DNA from: a virus
Strand: one strand, 5' to 3'
Length of the DNA stretch: 64,000 nt
Virus record (IMG/VR): IMGVR_UViG_3300025684_000015
Span: 1-64,000 of that record
Shown here: piece by piece, positions 17,732-27,363 of the stretch
Layout: every line of letters begins with the position of its first letter
Position numbering within the stretch: position 1 is the first letter of the stretch
Position numbers and translations under genes: made by a program
Notes under the pieces: model-generated
Told to the model about the DNA's origin: nothing
The model's input: only the letters and a program-made list of their open reading frames with translations
Database searches by the model: none

Positions 17732-18886
17732 TTAATCCTGTGTGTTAAGTTGTTTCCAAGCTTTTGGGGATATATCTTGAAATTTAGTTGTATTAAGGGA
17801 ATCATACCATTCAATATATTTTATAATCTTTTTTGTTTCATATGTAGTATTCTGCTCATGACCTAAAAATACTTCATACTTTTCATACTTATCCATATCT
17901 TCATAAAGAATGTTTTGTTCGTTCCACAAATCTTGTCTAAATTGTCTAGGTGTAGATAAACAAGATATATATTGATTAGCAGCAATCCCAATTCTTCTTA
18001 CTTGATATTGATCGAATTGTGTTAACCATTCAGACAATTCACCAAGATGTTCCATATTAGCTAAAGTAATTGTTGTATGGTTTCTCATTTTTATATTTGA
18101 ATTTGCACGTGCAAATTCATTCCATAAACTAATTACTTCTTGAATATCTTTCCAAGTCCCGCCATTTCTTCCCCATTCGTTAACTTGGCCAACTCCATCA
18201 ATAGATGTTTCGGGTTCAACAGCTTTAAACTTTTTAAATAGTTCTGTAAATTTGTGAGGAAAGACTGTAGCATTTGTATTGAATTTTAATTTGATATTAC
18301 TTACATCACGATCAGTAAACCACTCTAAGAACTTAAGAGTCACCTTACTATACATAGGTTCTCCACCCATTAATCTAATAGTATGAAGTCTAGATAAATC
18401 GCTGTTCTCCATTAATCGAATGACATTATCATATATTGGAGATTGAATATTATATTCACTAAAGTCATGATACGGATCTAAAAAGTCTTTGTTCTCTTTA
18501 TAAATTTTATTCCATCTAGAGCTATATGTTGGATTGCACATAACACAATTCATATTACAGATATTATCAAATCCAACTTCTAAAGATTGAATGGTATTAC
18601 CGGTAGGAACAATAAACTTATTCATTCCATCAATAACGCACTTTCTTCCAAAAGACGTATCGCGGTGGCACGCTCTACACCCACTAGGCCACTGCTCTGT
18701 CGGAGTCTTAATTACCCCTTGAAAGTGATCAAGAATTTGTTCAAAGTTTTGAAAGTCGTCAATGACTGGAGAATAGTCTTCCCAACGGCAACATGGTTTA
18801 GATGTACCATTTGGCTTAATGGTAACATAGCCATGTTTAGCTGTACAGTCAAACATTCTACCAGGAATTTGAGGATAGCTATTCAC
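17732..18886 (-). CDS. radical SAM protein with N-terminal Cys-rich (Twitch-like) segment
   Basis: CNMNCVMC, GGEP, NTNA, SIDG; N-terminal PCC and CRAC. Confidence 0.85.
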   Translation of the reverse strand: MNSYPQIPGRMFDCTAKHGYVTIKPNGTSKPCCRWEDYSPVIDDFQNFEQILDHFQGVIKTPTEQWPSGCRACHRDTSFGRKCVIDGMNKFIVPTGNTIQSLEVGFDNICNMNCVMCNPTYSSRWNKIYKENKDFLDPYHDFSEYNIQSPIYDNVIRLMENSDLSRLHTIRLMGGEPMYSKVTLKFLEWFTDRDVSNIKLKFNTNATVFPHKFTELFKKFKAVEPETSIDGVGQVNEWGRNGGTWKDIQEVISLWNEFARANSNIKMRNHTTITLANMEHLGELSEWLTQFDQYQVRRIGIAANQYISCLSTPRQFRQDLWNEQNILYEDMDKYEKYEVFLGHEQNTTYETKKIIKYIEWYDSLNTTKFQDISPKAWKQLNTQD

Positions 18887-19119
18887 GTTTTAATAGTACT
18901 TTTGCGGCCAGCATTTTTATGGATTCGCTTTAAGTGATCTTGCCATTCGTGACCAGCCTTTGTAATAGTCATACCGTGTTGAGTAATCATTCCAGGAAAT
19001 CCTGTAATTAATTGAATATAGTTTGGATGCTTTTCTTTATAACTATCCAACTCAGATATTCGCATAGTAATTTCTATTTCTTCATCTGTGTCTTTATTAC
19101 GAAATTTATACGTTGGCAT
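18883..19119 (-). CDS. FmdB-like small protein (no Zn cysteines)
   Basis: MPTYKFRN...EI N-terminus. Confidence 0.6.
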   Translation of the reverse strand: MPTYKFRNKDTDEEIEITMRISELDSYKEKHPNYIQLITGFPGMITQHGMTITKAGHEWQDHLKRIHKNAGRKSTIKT

Positions 19120-19660
19120 TAAACCACTCCGGGATATCTCTTTTAGTCCATTTCATAGGAAATCGATCTTGTTTTGTTTGATAATATTCACGATAAGATC
19201 TGACTGGATCATTTTCATGTATACATTCTGGATTTGCTTGCATAGCTAATTTAAAATCAGTCATCGGTCCTTCTTTAATATTCCGTGGTAGTTCCATAAG
19301 ATATGGAAGTAATTCCATTGACTTATGAACTTTCCCATACCGATATGTATACTCGTCAAGTAGTGTTACAAAATGAACCAAATGCCAACCATAGTTGGTA
19401 CTTGATTGCATAGTCCAAACTGTACAGGGATGGCCGCGGTGAACGGCTGTATAAAGTACTTTTTCTTTTTCTCCTCGCAACAACCAGTATTTTTGCATAG
19501 TCTTTCCAGACTTAGAAGGCTTAATTATTTCAATACCATCGAGGATACGGTGAGCAGTAGAAAGCATTTGTCCAGATTCAACAATCATCTTAACCACGTG
19601 TTTATCACATTGAAGACGTGCTGCTGTTTCTGGATTTTTGTCAAGTATAAAAAGATTCAT
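19106..19660 (-). CDS. pyrimidine-dimer DNA glycosylase-like protein
   Basis: MNLFILD...CDKHVVKMIVESGQMLSTAH, HPCTVW, EYTYRYGKVH. Confidence 0.75.
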   Translation of the reverse strand: MNLFILDKNPETAARLQCDKHVVKMIVESGQMLSTAHRILDGIEIIKPSKSGKTMQKYWLLRGEKEKVLYTAVHRGHPCTVWTMQSSTNYGWHLVHFVTLLDEYTYRYGKVHKSMELLPYLMELPRNIKEGPMTDFKLAMQANPECIHENDPVRSYREYYQTKQDRFPMKWTKRDIPEWFNANV

Positions 19661-19668
19661 AATAAAAA

Positions 19669-19724
19669 ACCCCTAGATGCGTTAATTAATATAATATTAT
19701 ACCACACATCTAGGGGTCTGTACA
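19669..19724 (-). promoter_or_regulatory. promoter embedded in an inverted repeat
   Basis: TGTACA-17-TATAAT; arms ACCCCTAGATG/CATCTAGGGGT at 19707-19717 and 19669-19679. Confidence 0.7.
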
Positions 19725-19729
19725 TAACT

Positions 19730-19936
19730 TTATGCGGCTACCTCTGCTATTTTTTTATCAATGAAATCTAACTTTTCCATGATCTTATTAAATCTATCTG
19801 TTGCTCCTCGCTTTTTAAGTTTTATTGCATAGTTCTCGCATTGTGCATAATCTTCTTTTAGTCTAGCAAGTTGAATAGCGGTCATGTGTAAGGTTTCTCC
19901 ATTAGTCTTGTAATAGGTTAGGAAATGCCTCCTCAA
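19730..19936 (-). CDS. small hypothetical protein
   Basis: ORF; probable start MTAIQ after GGAG. Confidence 0.55.
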   Translation of the reverse strand: MRRHFLTYYKTNGETLHMTAIQLARLKEDYAQCENYAIKLKKRGATDRFNKIMEKLDFIDKKIAEVAA

Positions 19937-20321
19937 TAATAGCTCTTGTAATATACTTTGGCTTTTCCTTGTTGATCATAGATATAACTAGAATAGCATC
20001 TTTTGGATCAATGCTTTCAATCAAACTGATGAACATACTTTCGCGCTTGATGGTTTGCAGGCGATCGCCTACTCCACCCTTTACAAAGTATTTTAAATCT
20101 ACGTTTTTTCTATTAAATGTTGATGGCGTATTATGTGCTTCACACGCTACATATGGTGGAGCACCCGCTGGTAGATTCCACTGAATAGTAGAATCAAATG
20201 TTCCGCGTAAATAATCAGCTACTGCTGCGTAATTGTGATCTTTTAAGACTTTTATTTTATCAGCCTTTGTTTTTTGTTTTTCAACAAGTTCCATAACTTC
20301 ATGGATCAATTTTTGTCTCAT
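19902..20321 (-). CDS. conserved T4-like hypothetical protein
   Basis: LPAGAPPY...KRESMFISLIESIDP; behind a late promoter. Confidence 0.7.
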   Translation of the reverse strand: MRQKLIHEVMELVEKQKTKADKIKVLKDHNYAAVADYLRGTFDSTIQWNLPAGAPPYVACEAHNTPSTFNRKNVDLKYFVKGGVGDRLQTIKRESMFISLIESIDPKDAILVISMINKEKPKYITRAIIEEAFPNLLQD

Positions 20322-20337
20322 AATATCCTCTTAATTT

Positions 20338-20345
20338 TATTTATA
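20338..20345 (-). promoter_or_regulatory. T4-type late promoter
   Basis: TATAAATA just upstream of ATG 20321. Confidence 0.75.
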
Positions 20346-20736
20346 ACTTCAAATGTTTTGAATGAATTTTACATCCAATAAATTCGTTATAATATTCATC
20401 TGATAATAATACATCAAATTCGAATTGCATTTTAGCTTCAAAATAAGACATTTCACCTTTTGTTTTACAGAGTCTTATAATTTCTCTTTGAAATTCTGCT
20501 CCTGATTCCTTTAACTGTTGGACAACTTCTGATGATCCATAATAAGTTAACCAATCCGATGGAACTCGAGTTCGAACTCTTCTTTTACGAGTTTTAGTAA
20601 CTGGTAATGTTTTTGGTCTCCAAAAGTTCTTTTTACCAATATATTTTTTACCACTACCTAATTCAGTAATACAGTAAACAAATCCCTGATAATCTTCTGG
20701 TGTTTCCGCGTATTCTTTGTTTTCATATATCCACAT
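20341..20736 (-). CDS. GIY-YIG-like nuclease (single domain)
   Basis: GFVYCIT...KKYIGKK, YYGSS, E, YYN. Confidence 0.8.
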   Translation of the reverse strand: MWIYENKEYAETPEDYQGFVYCITELGSGKKYIGKKNFWRPKTLPVTKTRKRRVRTRVPSDWLTYYGSSEVVQQLKESGAEFQREIIRLCKTKGEMSYFEAKMQFEFDVLLSDEYYNEFIGCKIHSKHLKL

Positions 20737-20763
20737 ACTATTATGTATACAGATTATAACTTG

Positions 20764-21423
20764 TTATAACTTGATAAAATAATTTGCTGTGTTACCACAA
20801 TCTTCTTTATGAAAAACATTTACTTTATCACCAGCCCAATCAATATAATTCCCCCATTCAGCATAAGAAGATCTAACAATTGATACAATTAAATGGTCAG
20901 AATATTTTTTACAGGATGTAATAAATCTATGAACTTGTTCGTAATCACTATTAAATTCAAAGGGAACATATCTTAAGAACATAATATAGTCATACCGTTT
21001 AAACTCTGGTTGATGTAGTACCAATTCATCACCAAATAAGCCACAGCCAAAATTTAATGGTGTTTTAATATATTCTCTAAAATAATCAAATACAAGAAAT
21101 GTTTCTTTAATATCGGTACATTCAATATTAAATCCCTCTGCACGAGCCTGGTATTCTAAAAAATTAATACCAGACCCGACATTGAGATATGTTTTATCTT
21201 TTTCTAAAAACGTGATAAACTCTCGATTATAGTTAATAATATTTTTTAATGATGTAGTATTACAATATTGTACTGCTGGAATTGTTTCTTCAGGAATAAC
21301 ATCTTTAAAGTTTTCACCTAAATCTCCAGTAAGTCTGTTTGTAAATAGCTTTTGTAATACACCTATTAAATATTGAGAATAAGATGTTGAAAGCTCATTC
21401 AAGTCATAATCACCTAATTTCAT
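20764..21423 (-). CDS. class I SAM methyltransferase-like
   Basis: YLNVGSG motif I, TD, YDYI. Confidence 0.55.
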   Translation of the reverse strand: MKLGDYDLNELSTSYSQYLIGVLQKLFTNRLTGDLGENFKDVIPEETIPAVQYCNTTSLKNIINYNREFITFLEKDKTYLNVGSGINFLEYQARAEGFNIECTDIKETFLVFDYFREYIKTPLNFGCGLFGDELVLHQPEFKRYDYIMFLRYVPFEFNSDYEQVHRFITSCKKYSDHLIVSIVRSSYAEWGNYIDWAGDKVNVFHKEDCGNTANYFIKL

Positions 21424-21582
21424 TTAACACCCATCTAAATCAGTTTCATCGTCGAAATCTAATGGTTCTCTAAGAGTATCAGCGTCTGCTCTTCGTCCAC
21501 AATTTGGACAATATTCTGGTTCTTGATCCATAACAAGAATACTAGATTCTTCGCATTCTTGACATTCGATACGGTATTCCAC
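21424..21582 (-). CDS. small zinc-ribbon protein
   Basis: CQEC...CPNC; GTG start overlaps the nrdB stop. Confidence 0.65.
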   Translation of the reverse strand: MEYRIECQECEESSILVMDQEPEYCPNCGRRADADTLREPLDFDDETDLDGC

Positions 21583-22556
21583 TAAGCAGCCTCCACAGTT
21601 TCTGTTTGATCCCAGCCCCAATCACCTTCCATACCAACAACAGAGTATTCAGTCACACGCTTTTCAAAGAAATTATCGTGTGATGCTCCATTTAAAACCC
21701 AATCAAGCCAAGGCAATGGATTATCTTTTTGGTTAAATTTTGGTTTCATTCCAAGTTGAAGAAGACGTCTATCAGCAATATGTCTAATATAAGTTTTGAC
21801 TTCTTCTTTAGTTAACCCTTGAATTTCACCTTCAGCATATGCAAGATCAATAAATCTATCTTCTAACTTTACTGCGTCTTTAGCCATTTGATAAATTTTA
21901 GATTTTAATTCATCATTTACAATTCTTGGGTGTTCATCACAGAATGTACGGAATAACTTTGCATTTCCTTGAACATGCATAGACTCATCACGAATAGACC
22001 ATTCAACAATAGTGCCCATTCCTTTCATTTTGCCAAACCGTTGGAAGTTCAACAACATAACGAATGATGCAAAGAGTGACATTCCTTCGTTAAAGACTGA
22101 CTGAGCTAATGCAAGGGCAAGACCAGTATGAGAACCAGTGTCACCATTAGACATAAAGTCAATCTTATCAGCCATTTCTTTATATTCTAGAAATGCGTGA
22201 AATTCTTCATCTGGTAATCCAAGAGTATCATTTAATAATGCGTAAGCTCTTTGGTGTACACCTTCACGTGAAGCAAAGGAACCCAACATATTACGAATTT
22301 CATTATTTTTAAATTTTGGGATCAATAGTTCAAAATAGTTTTCTCCAACCTGAACATCAGATTGAGTAAATAGTCTAAGAACTTGAGTAATAAACTCTTT
22401 CTCTTGATCACTTAGTTTAGTTCTCCAATCTTGAATATCTTCAGAGAGTTCAGCTTCATCTTCGATCCAATGAATTTCTTCATGTTTCTTTGTAAGCTCA
22501 ACAGCCCATGGATACAAGAATGGTTTATATGTTTTTGATATTTCTAATAGTGGCAT
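21582..22556 (-). CDS. nrdB: ribonucleotide reductase class I beta subunit
   Basis: FTQSD, EGVHQRAY, EG..F, RDESMH, NFFEKRVTEY. Confidence 0.95.
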   Translation of the reverse strand: MPLLEISKTYKPFLYPWAVELTKKHEEIHWIEDEAELSEDIQDWRTKLSDQEKEFITQVLRLFTQSDVQVGENYFELLIPKFKNNEIRNMLGSFASREGVHQRAYALLNDTLGLPDEEFHAFLEYKEMADKIDFMSNGDTGSHTGLALALAQSVFNEGMSLFASFVMLLNFQRFGKMKGMGTIVEWSIRDESMHVQGNAKLFRTFCDEHPRIVNDELKSKIYQMAKDAVKLEDRFIDLAYAEGEIQGLTKEEVKTYIRHIADRRLLQLGMKPKFNQKDNPLPWLDWVLNGASHDNFFEKRVTEYSVVGMEGDWGWDQTETVEAA

Positions 22557-22557
22557 A

Positions 22558-24543
22558 TTATCCCTCGCATGCTCGGCATTCGCTGCCTTCTTCGATTGTT
22601 ATTGGTTGTTCTAAAAAGGTCATCAATTCGTCATATCCACCAACGTATTGACCATTTACGTAAATCTGTGGTACCGTTTTCACATCACGGCCAGTAACTT
22701 CCTTGGCAGTTTTACCTATTTCTTCTAGGTCAATATAATCATATGGCATACCATGTAAACTTAATTCTTCTTTTGCTGCAGTACAGAATGGACAATTTGC
22801 TTTACCATAGACAACAGTTCTCATGTCGCCTTGTAAGGCCACTCTTTCGACCTTTTCTGATACATTCTCAGCACGAGATTTTGCTTCTGTACGAAGGTAA
22901 TATAATCCCTTAAGCTTTTCTTTCCATGCTTTGATGTGTACCTTATTAACGTAAGATTTTTCTGCACCGGCGGGGAAGAACAAATTAACCGACTGGCCTT
23001 GGCAGATAAACGATTGTCGATCTGCCGCATGCTGTATGACCCAAGTCTGATCAAGTTCCTGCGCAGTCTTAAATATCGCTTTTTCGCCTTCGGTGAGCTC
23101 GGGCAAGTGTTGAACTGATCCCTTATTAGTAATAATAGATGTCCATGTCGCATCATTGTTTATAGCGTGTCTTGTTAAAATATCGTCAAGATATTTATTT
23201 TTAACTAAAAAAGATCCTGCTCTTGTTCTATGCGTATAAGCATTAGCTTTTGATGGTTCAATAGAAGGACTAGTAGATAAAATGATACCACTTGATGCAT
23301 TTGGAGCAATAGCCATAAGATGAGCATTTCTTCGACCTGTACCAATTCCATCTGGATATTCTCCTCTTTCTACAGCCAATCTGATCGTTTGCGCGATCGC
23401 TCGTTCTTTGATTGTGGAAAATACGACAATATTAATCTCTTGAGCCTTTTCACTTTCCCAAGCAACCCCGTGTCGTTGTAATAATGAGTGGAAGCCCATC
23501 GCTCCCAGACCAATTGATCTTTCACGTTCAGCCGAATATTTTGCACGGCTGATCTCATCTGGAGCGTTTTCGATAAAATATTCGAGTACATTGTCAAGCA
23601 TAGTAACGATATCTTCGACAATTTTGGTATTCTTCCACTCATCGTAATACTCAAGATTGAGAGATGAAAGGCAACAAACCGCAGTACGGTCAGCATTGGT
23701 AGGCAAATGAATTTCATTACAAAGATTTGAACCATGAATTTTTAATCCTAAGTCTTTTAGGTTTTGTGGTAAATCATTATTTGCTGTATCAATAAAATTC
23801 AAATATGGTTCACCTGTTCTGAAACGCACTTCAATAATGCGTTCCCACAATTTTCTTGCATTAATAGTTTCTGATACTTTACCTGATGATGGATCTTTTA
23901 ACTCCCAATCTAGGCCGGACATTACAGCCTCCATAAATGCATCAGAAATATTAATTGCATTATGAAGATTTAGTGCTTTACGTTGAACGTCACCAGTTGG
24001 AATTCTCATATTCAAAAATTCTACAATATCAGGATGAGATACATCCATATATGCTGCATAGCTACCTTTACGTGTCTTACCTTGACGGTAAGCAATCATA
24101 TCAGCATCGACAGTATGTAGGAAAGGGATAGGACCTGGAGCTTTATCAGACACTGTGCGCACAGAAGACCAATGTCCGCCGACACCACCACCGAGAACAG
24201 AAAGCCAACGAAGCTCAGAAGAATGGCTAATGAGACCTTCCAAACTATCTGGGACATAAGTAAGAAAGCACGAGATTGGAAGGCCTTTGTCGTTTGCTAC
24301 TCCGTTTGGAGCATTCGATAAGACTGGGGAAGCAAACATAAACCACTTATTACTGACATAATCGTAAAGACGTGCAGCGAGGTCAGCATCCATTTCTCCT
24401 TTAAAGGTTGACCATGCTTTTGCAGCTCGCAAAAACGCTTCTTGTGGAGATTTCTCATGACTGCGCATATAGAAATCTTTCAACATTCCTATAGCATAAT
24501 CGGCTAATAAATTGTCCTTATTTTTTTGTATTTTCAAAGTCAT
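22558..24543 (-). CDS. nrdA: ribonucleotide reductase class I alpha subunit with fused glutaredoxin
   Basis: ISCF, SNLCNEI, IAPNASS, KGLYY; then CPFC...TVPQI...VGGYDEL; terminal CRACEG. Confidence 0.95.
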   Translation of the reverse strand: MTLKIQKNKDNLLADYAIGMLKDFYMRSHEKSPQEAFLRAAKAWSTFKGEMDADLAARLYDYVSNKWFMFASPVLSNAPNGVANDKGLPISCFLTYVPDSLEGLISHSSELRWLSVLGGGVGGHWSSVRTVSDKAPGPIPFLHTVDADMIAYRQGKTRKGSYAAYMDVSHPDIVEFLNMRIPTGDVQRKALNLHNAINISDAFMEAVMSGLDWELKDPSSGKVSETINARKLWERIIEVRFRTGEPYLNFIDTANNDLPQNLKDLGLKIHGSNLCNEIHLPTNADRTAVCCLSSLNLEYYDEWKNTKIVEDIVTMLDNVLEYFIENAPDEISRAKYSAERERSIGLGAMGFHSLLQRHGVAWESEKAQEINIVVFSTIKERAIAQTIRLAVERGEYPDGIGTGRRNAHLMAIAPNASSGIILSTSPSIEPSKANAYTHRTRAGSFLVKNKYLDDILTRHAINNDATWTSIITNKGSVQHLPELTEGEKAIFKTAQELDQTWVIQHAADRQSFICQGQSVNLFFPAGAEKSYVNKVHIKAWKEKLKGLYYLRTEAKSRAENVSEKVERVALQGDMRTVVYGKANCPFCTAAKEELSLHGMPYDYIDLEEIGKTAKEVTGRDVKTVPQIYVNGQYVGGYDELMTFLEQPITIEEGSECRACEG

Positions 24544-24569
24544 CTCTGCCCTACCTCAATTAAAGATAT

Positions 24570-24598
24570 ATTATACAACATTTTGTTGCATATGTAAA
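24570..24598 (-). promoter_or_regulatory. early-type promoter for nrdAB
   Basis: TTTACA-17-TATAAT. Confidence 0.7.
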
Positions 24599-24602
24599 CT
24601 AC

Positions 24603-25004
24603 TTATTTTGCTTGTTTTTGATCAGGCTGAGGAGTAACAGCTTTTTCGTAATAAACAATGATTTCTGTTTGTTGATTCAAGTATCTACGAATATCAGCAA
24701 TATTTAAAGCTAAATTTTCATAATCTCTCATTGCTAAAGCAACAAACACTAGTTCACCATTAATATCGGTAAACTCTTTTACGAATTGGTCGTAATTGTC
24801 TTTAGTGACAACAAAAACTCTTGTATCAGTTAGGCTTAGTGGCTTCGGACGGGCTATCAATGGGACTTGGGTTTTTTCCACCTTCGTCACTACTTTGATT
24901 TCCGGCTCCTGTGGGAATAGACTGCAGCCATTCAGGGATAGGAGGACTATTGGTATTACCAGTATCTTCCATAAAACTGCGCCATAAGTTTGCTGTAGCA
25001 CCAT
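24603..25004 (-). CDS. o-spanin-like lipoprotein
   Basis: Lipobox LSLNG|C; overlaps the 3' end of the i-spanin in another frame. Confidence 0.75.
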   Translation of the reverse strand: MVLQQTYGAVLWKILVIPIVLLSLNGCSLFPQEPEIKVVTKVEKTQVPLIARPKPLSLTDTRVFVVTKDNYDQFVKEFTDINGELVFVALAMRDYENLALNIADIRRYLNQQTEIIVYYEKAVTPQPDQKQAK

Positions 25005-25329
25005 TCATTTTTCCTTCTAATACCTTTGAATCTTTTAATGCTAATACAACAAGATTCAATTTGCTCAATTTAGATCTTAATTCATCACCATAAGATTCCG
25101 CTTTTTGTAATGCAACCGAAAGCTTTTGGTTTAATTCAGAAAATTTTGCCATATCTTCTTGTAAAGAATCAATAGAAGCTTGGCTAGTTTCTAACGCAAT
25201 TTCAAGTTTAGCATTATTTTCAGTTAGTATTTTAATTCTTTCTTGAGTATTATTATAATACCAAAAAGCACCGGCGCCAATAGAGCCCAATACTCCTAGA
25301 ATAATGAGAATTAAATATAGTCTAGCCAT
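24826..25329 (-). CDS. i-spanin-like protein
   Basis: Start MARLYLIL at 25329: N-terminal TM then coiled coil. Confidence 0.75.
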   Translation of the reverse strand: MARLYLILIILGVLGSIGAGAFWYYNNTQERIKILTENNAKLEIALETSQASIDSLQEDMAKFSELNQKLSVALQKAESYGDELRSKLSKLNLVVLALKDSKVLEGKMNGATANLWRSFMEDTGNTNSPPIPEWLQSIPTGAGNQSSDEGGKNPSPIDSPSEATKPN

Positions 25330-25501
25330 CTGAATCTTGAACGTATTTTCTGAATCTTTTAAGGAGAACTGGAACTTTATCTTTACGCCGACGTTTGTCT
25401 GTAACATCAGTCATTGTAACTTTAGGTCCCATAGCGGTATCAGCTGGATTTGGAATTGCGGCAGTTGTAACTGTTTCGACAGTTGGAATTTTTTTTGTCA
25501 T
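25322..25501 (-). CDS. small basic hypothetical protein (59 aa, not in track)
   Basis: Manual: MTKKIPTVETVTTAAIPNPADTAMGP...DKRRRKDKVPVLLKRFRKY; fills the gap and is coupled at both ends. Confidence 0.55.
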   Translation of the reverse strand: MTKKIPTVETVTTAAIPNPADTAMGPKVTMTDVTDKRRRKDKVPVLLKRFRKYVQDSDG

Positions 25502-26085
25502 TTTACAATCTCATTAGCTGAAATATAAATGGTTTGATTTGTTTTAATATGTGTCGCTTCATATATGCTAATACCAAAGATATCTCCAATAGGATAACAA
25601 TCTTCTTTAATTCTTATTTGATCTTTGGCATAAACCATTTGTTCAAAAGTAGAATTTAGAATTTTATTTTCCTTAATCTTATATATACCTGGAGACAATT
25701 GAAGATCGTTTAAAATGAACCATTCTGATTGTTCTAATAAAATTTCATCTAGTCTAATGTCGTGTTCTGACAAGATTTTAGCCAATTTATTGTCACTAAT
25801 TCCATATTGTTCTTTAATGAGATACAAAGCAGCTGCAAAGGACCCGAGTTTTGATCCGCCACCAGGGATTTTGGCGAGCATCCGTTTAATATTAGCACAC
25901 AAGCGAATAAAAGGAGTATATGCAGATTTTTTTTCGTCATTGTCTAGTTTAACCGATTTAATACGTTGACCATTTTCATCAATTAAGCCAGTTTTAAATG
26001 CATCCCAATCTTTCCAATCAGTTGCTAACATCTTAACAAATCTAAATGCATAGACTAAATCTGCACCACGTTTAATAATACCCAT
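25498..26085 (-). CDS. conserved T4-like hypothetical protein
   Basis: YAFRFVKML...FKTGLIDENG...YTPF...AALYLIKE. Confidence 0.7.
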   Translation of the reverse strand: MGIIKRGADLVYAFRFVKMLATDWKDWDAFKTGLIDENGQRIKSVKLDNDEKKSAYTPFIRLCANIKRMLAKIPGGGSKLGSFAAALYLIKEQYGISDNKLAKILSEHDIRLDEILLEQSEWFILNDLQLSPGIYKIKENKILNSTFEQMVYAKDQIRIKEDCYPIGDIFGISIYEATHIKTNQTIYISANEIVK

Positions 26086-26453
26086 TAGATTTTCCTTAAT
26101 ACATTTACGACAGTTTGATCCATAACAATACCAGTATATTCATCGTCTTTTATATATCTTAGATAAACTAAAAAAGGTTTAATTACGGGCCAATGTTTAT
26201 CATCTAATTTTAGATCTAAAATAGATAAGGCGGCTGGTATAGTAAAAGAATTGCATACCACAATTAAATGATTGAGTATTAATCTTTCAGCCAGCTCGCC
26301 TTGATCTATATAACGATTAAGCAATCGCTTAATATATTTAAATCTTTTTATATCTTCATAAAATTCATCAATATCAGTAAACTGCGGTTTATAATAGTTT
26401 TTAGCAGCGAAAAGAAATAAATTCTCTTCAGTAAGTTCATTAAATATCATCAT
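26085..26453 (-). CDS. conserved T4-like hypothetical protein
   Basis: EFYEDIKRFKYIKRLL...ERLILNHLI. Confidence 0.75.
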   Translation of the reverse strand: MMIFNELTEENLFLFAAKNYYKPQFTDIDEFYEDIKRFKYIKRLLNRYIDQGELAERLILNHLIVVCNSFTIPAALSILDLKLDDKHWPVIKPFLVYLRYIKDDEYTGIVMDQTVVNVLRKI

Positions 26454-26473
26454 GTAATTATGTATATGAAATA

Positions 26474-26773
26474 CTACCGCCCGTAGCGACGAATTTTAGT
26501 TTTTTTAGCGGCCGGCTTTGGTGCTACGTCAACTGGCTCATCAATCGGCATTAGTGTGTGGTCAATAAGCAATTCTTCTGTTGGCTCTACTGGTACTTCA
26601 ATAGTAGGTTCAGCTTCTGTTAATAATTGAGGAGCTGGAGCAGCTACTGGAGCAGCACCAAAGTATTCATCAAGTTGTGCTTGAGAAATCTTTTGTGCTT
26701 TTAAAAGTTCGCCTTTAGATGATACCCAACCACGAAGTGTTGGTGTTGCGTTTTTAGGTCCTTTAATCGCCAT
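26474..26773 (-). CDS. hypothetical Pro/Glu-rich protein (start MAIKG)
   Basis: ORF track, coupled to the upstream gene. Confidence 0.55.
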   Translation of the reverse strand: MAIKGPKNATPTLRGWVSSKGELLKAQKISQAQLDEYFGAAPVAAPAPQLLTEAEPTIEVPVEPTEELLIDHTLMPIDEPVDVAPKPAAKKTKIRRYGR

Positions 26774-27350
26774 CTTTTTGATCCTTCTTTTGGTACATTG
26801 AATTATATGCATTGTTAACGCTAGAAAGCATTGAGCTAAATGATGCTGCTTCTTTTACTTTTGCTTGTGGGTTAACAATCTTTTTGTCACCAGTATCTTG
26901 ATCATTTGATCTAGCAGGAGCCTTTTTAGTAATTCTACCAGCCTTTGTTGCATCGTCATGTCCTTTGTCTTCAAGGTCATGATATTCACCAGTATCTTTA
27001 TTATCATCACGCATTTTCTTGGCGCCAGGAGAATCTTTAGAATCCATCTTTTCAGCTTCAGTGCCAGAATCTGCAGGCTGTTTTTTAGCTTCAAAAACAG
27101 ACATTAGTTTTTGTCTAAAGGAAAGTACACCCTCGGTTGTGGCTGTTTTCTTTTCTTCTTTTTTAGGATTCATGACTGCGATTTCTTTGTCTTTGCCAGT
27201 CTTTTTAGGCTCATCTTCTTTTGCAGTATTTGAAATTGCTTTTCTTCTTTTTAAAAGATACTTGTCAGACTTATCAACGTCGCCATCGTTATCAACGTCG
27301 CCATCTTCTTGCCCAACAGCATCCAATTTTTTTGCTTCTTCTAAAGACAT
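26763..27350 (-). CDS. low-complexity charged protein, probable head-internal/scaffold-type
   Basis: Start MSLEEAKK with GGAG SD; DVDNDGDVDKSDKYL motif; late promoter upstream. Confidence 0.6.
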   Translation of the reverse strand: MSLEEAKKLDAVGQEDGDVDNDGDVDKSDKYLLKRRKAISNTAKEDEPKKTGKDKEIAVMNPKKEEKKTATTEGVLSFRQKLMSVFEAKKQPADSGTEAEKMDSKDSPGAKKMRDDNKDTGEYHDLEDKGHDDATKAGRITKKAPARSNDQDTGDKKIVNPQAKVKEAASFSSMLSSVNNAYNSMYQKKDQKDGD

Positions 27351-27363
27351 TTTTTTCTCCGTC

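Noticed and set aside
20341-20736. GIY-YIG protein as an intron-borne homing endonuclease
   Set aside because: Single short domain with no DNA-binding repeats; nrdA, nrdB, thyX, 41 and uvsX are uninterrupted, with no intron or intein seen
22930-23700. Visibly GC-richer patches in nrdA (also in gp41 and thyX) with alternative-frame ORFs
   Set aside because: They fall in conserved enzyme regions and are explained by amino-acid composition or recombination; I cannot quantify this by eye and the alternative ORFs have no support
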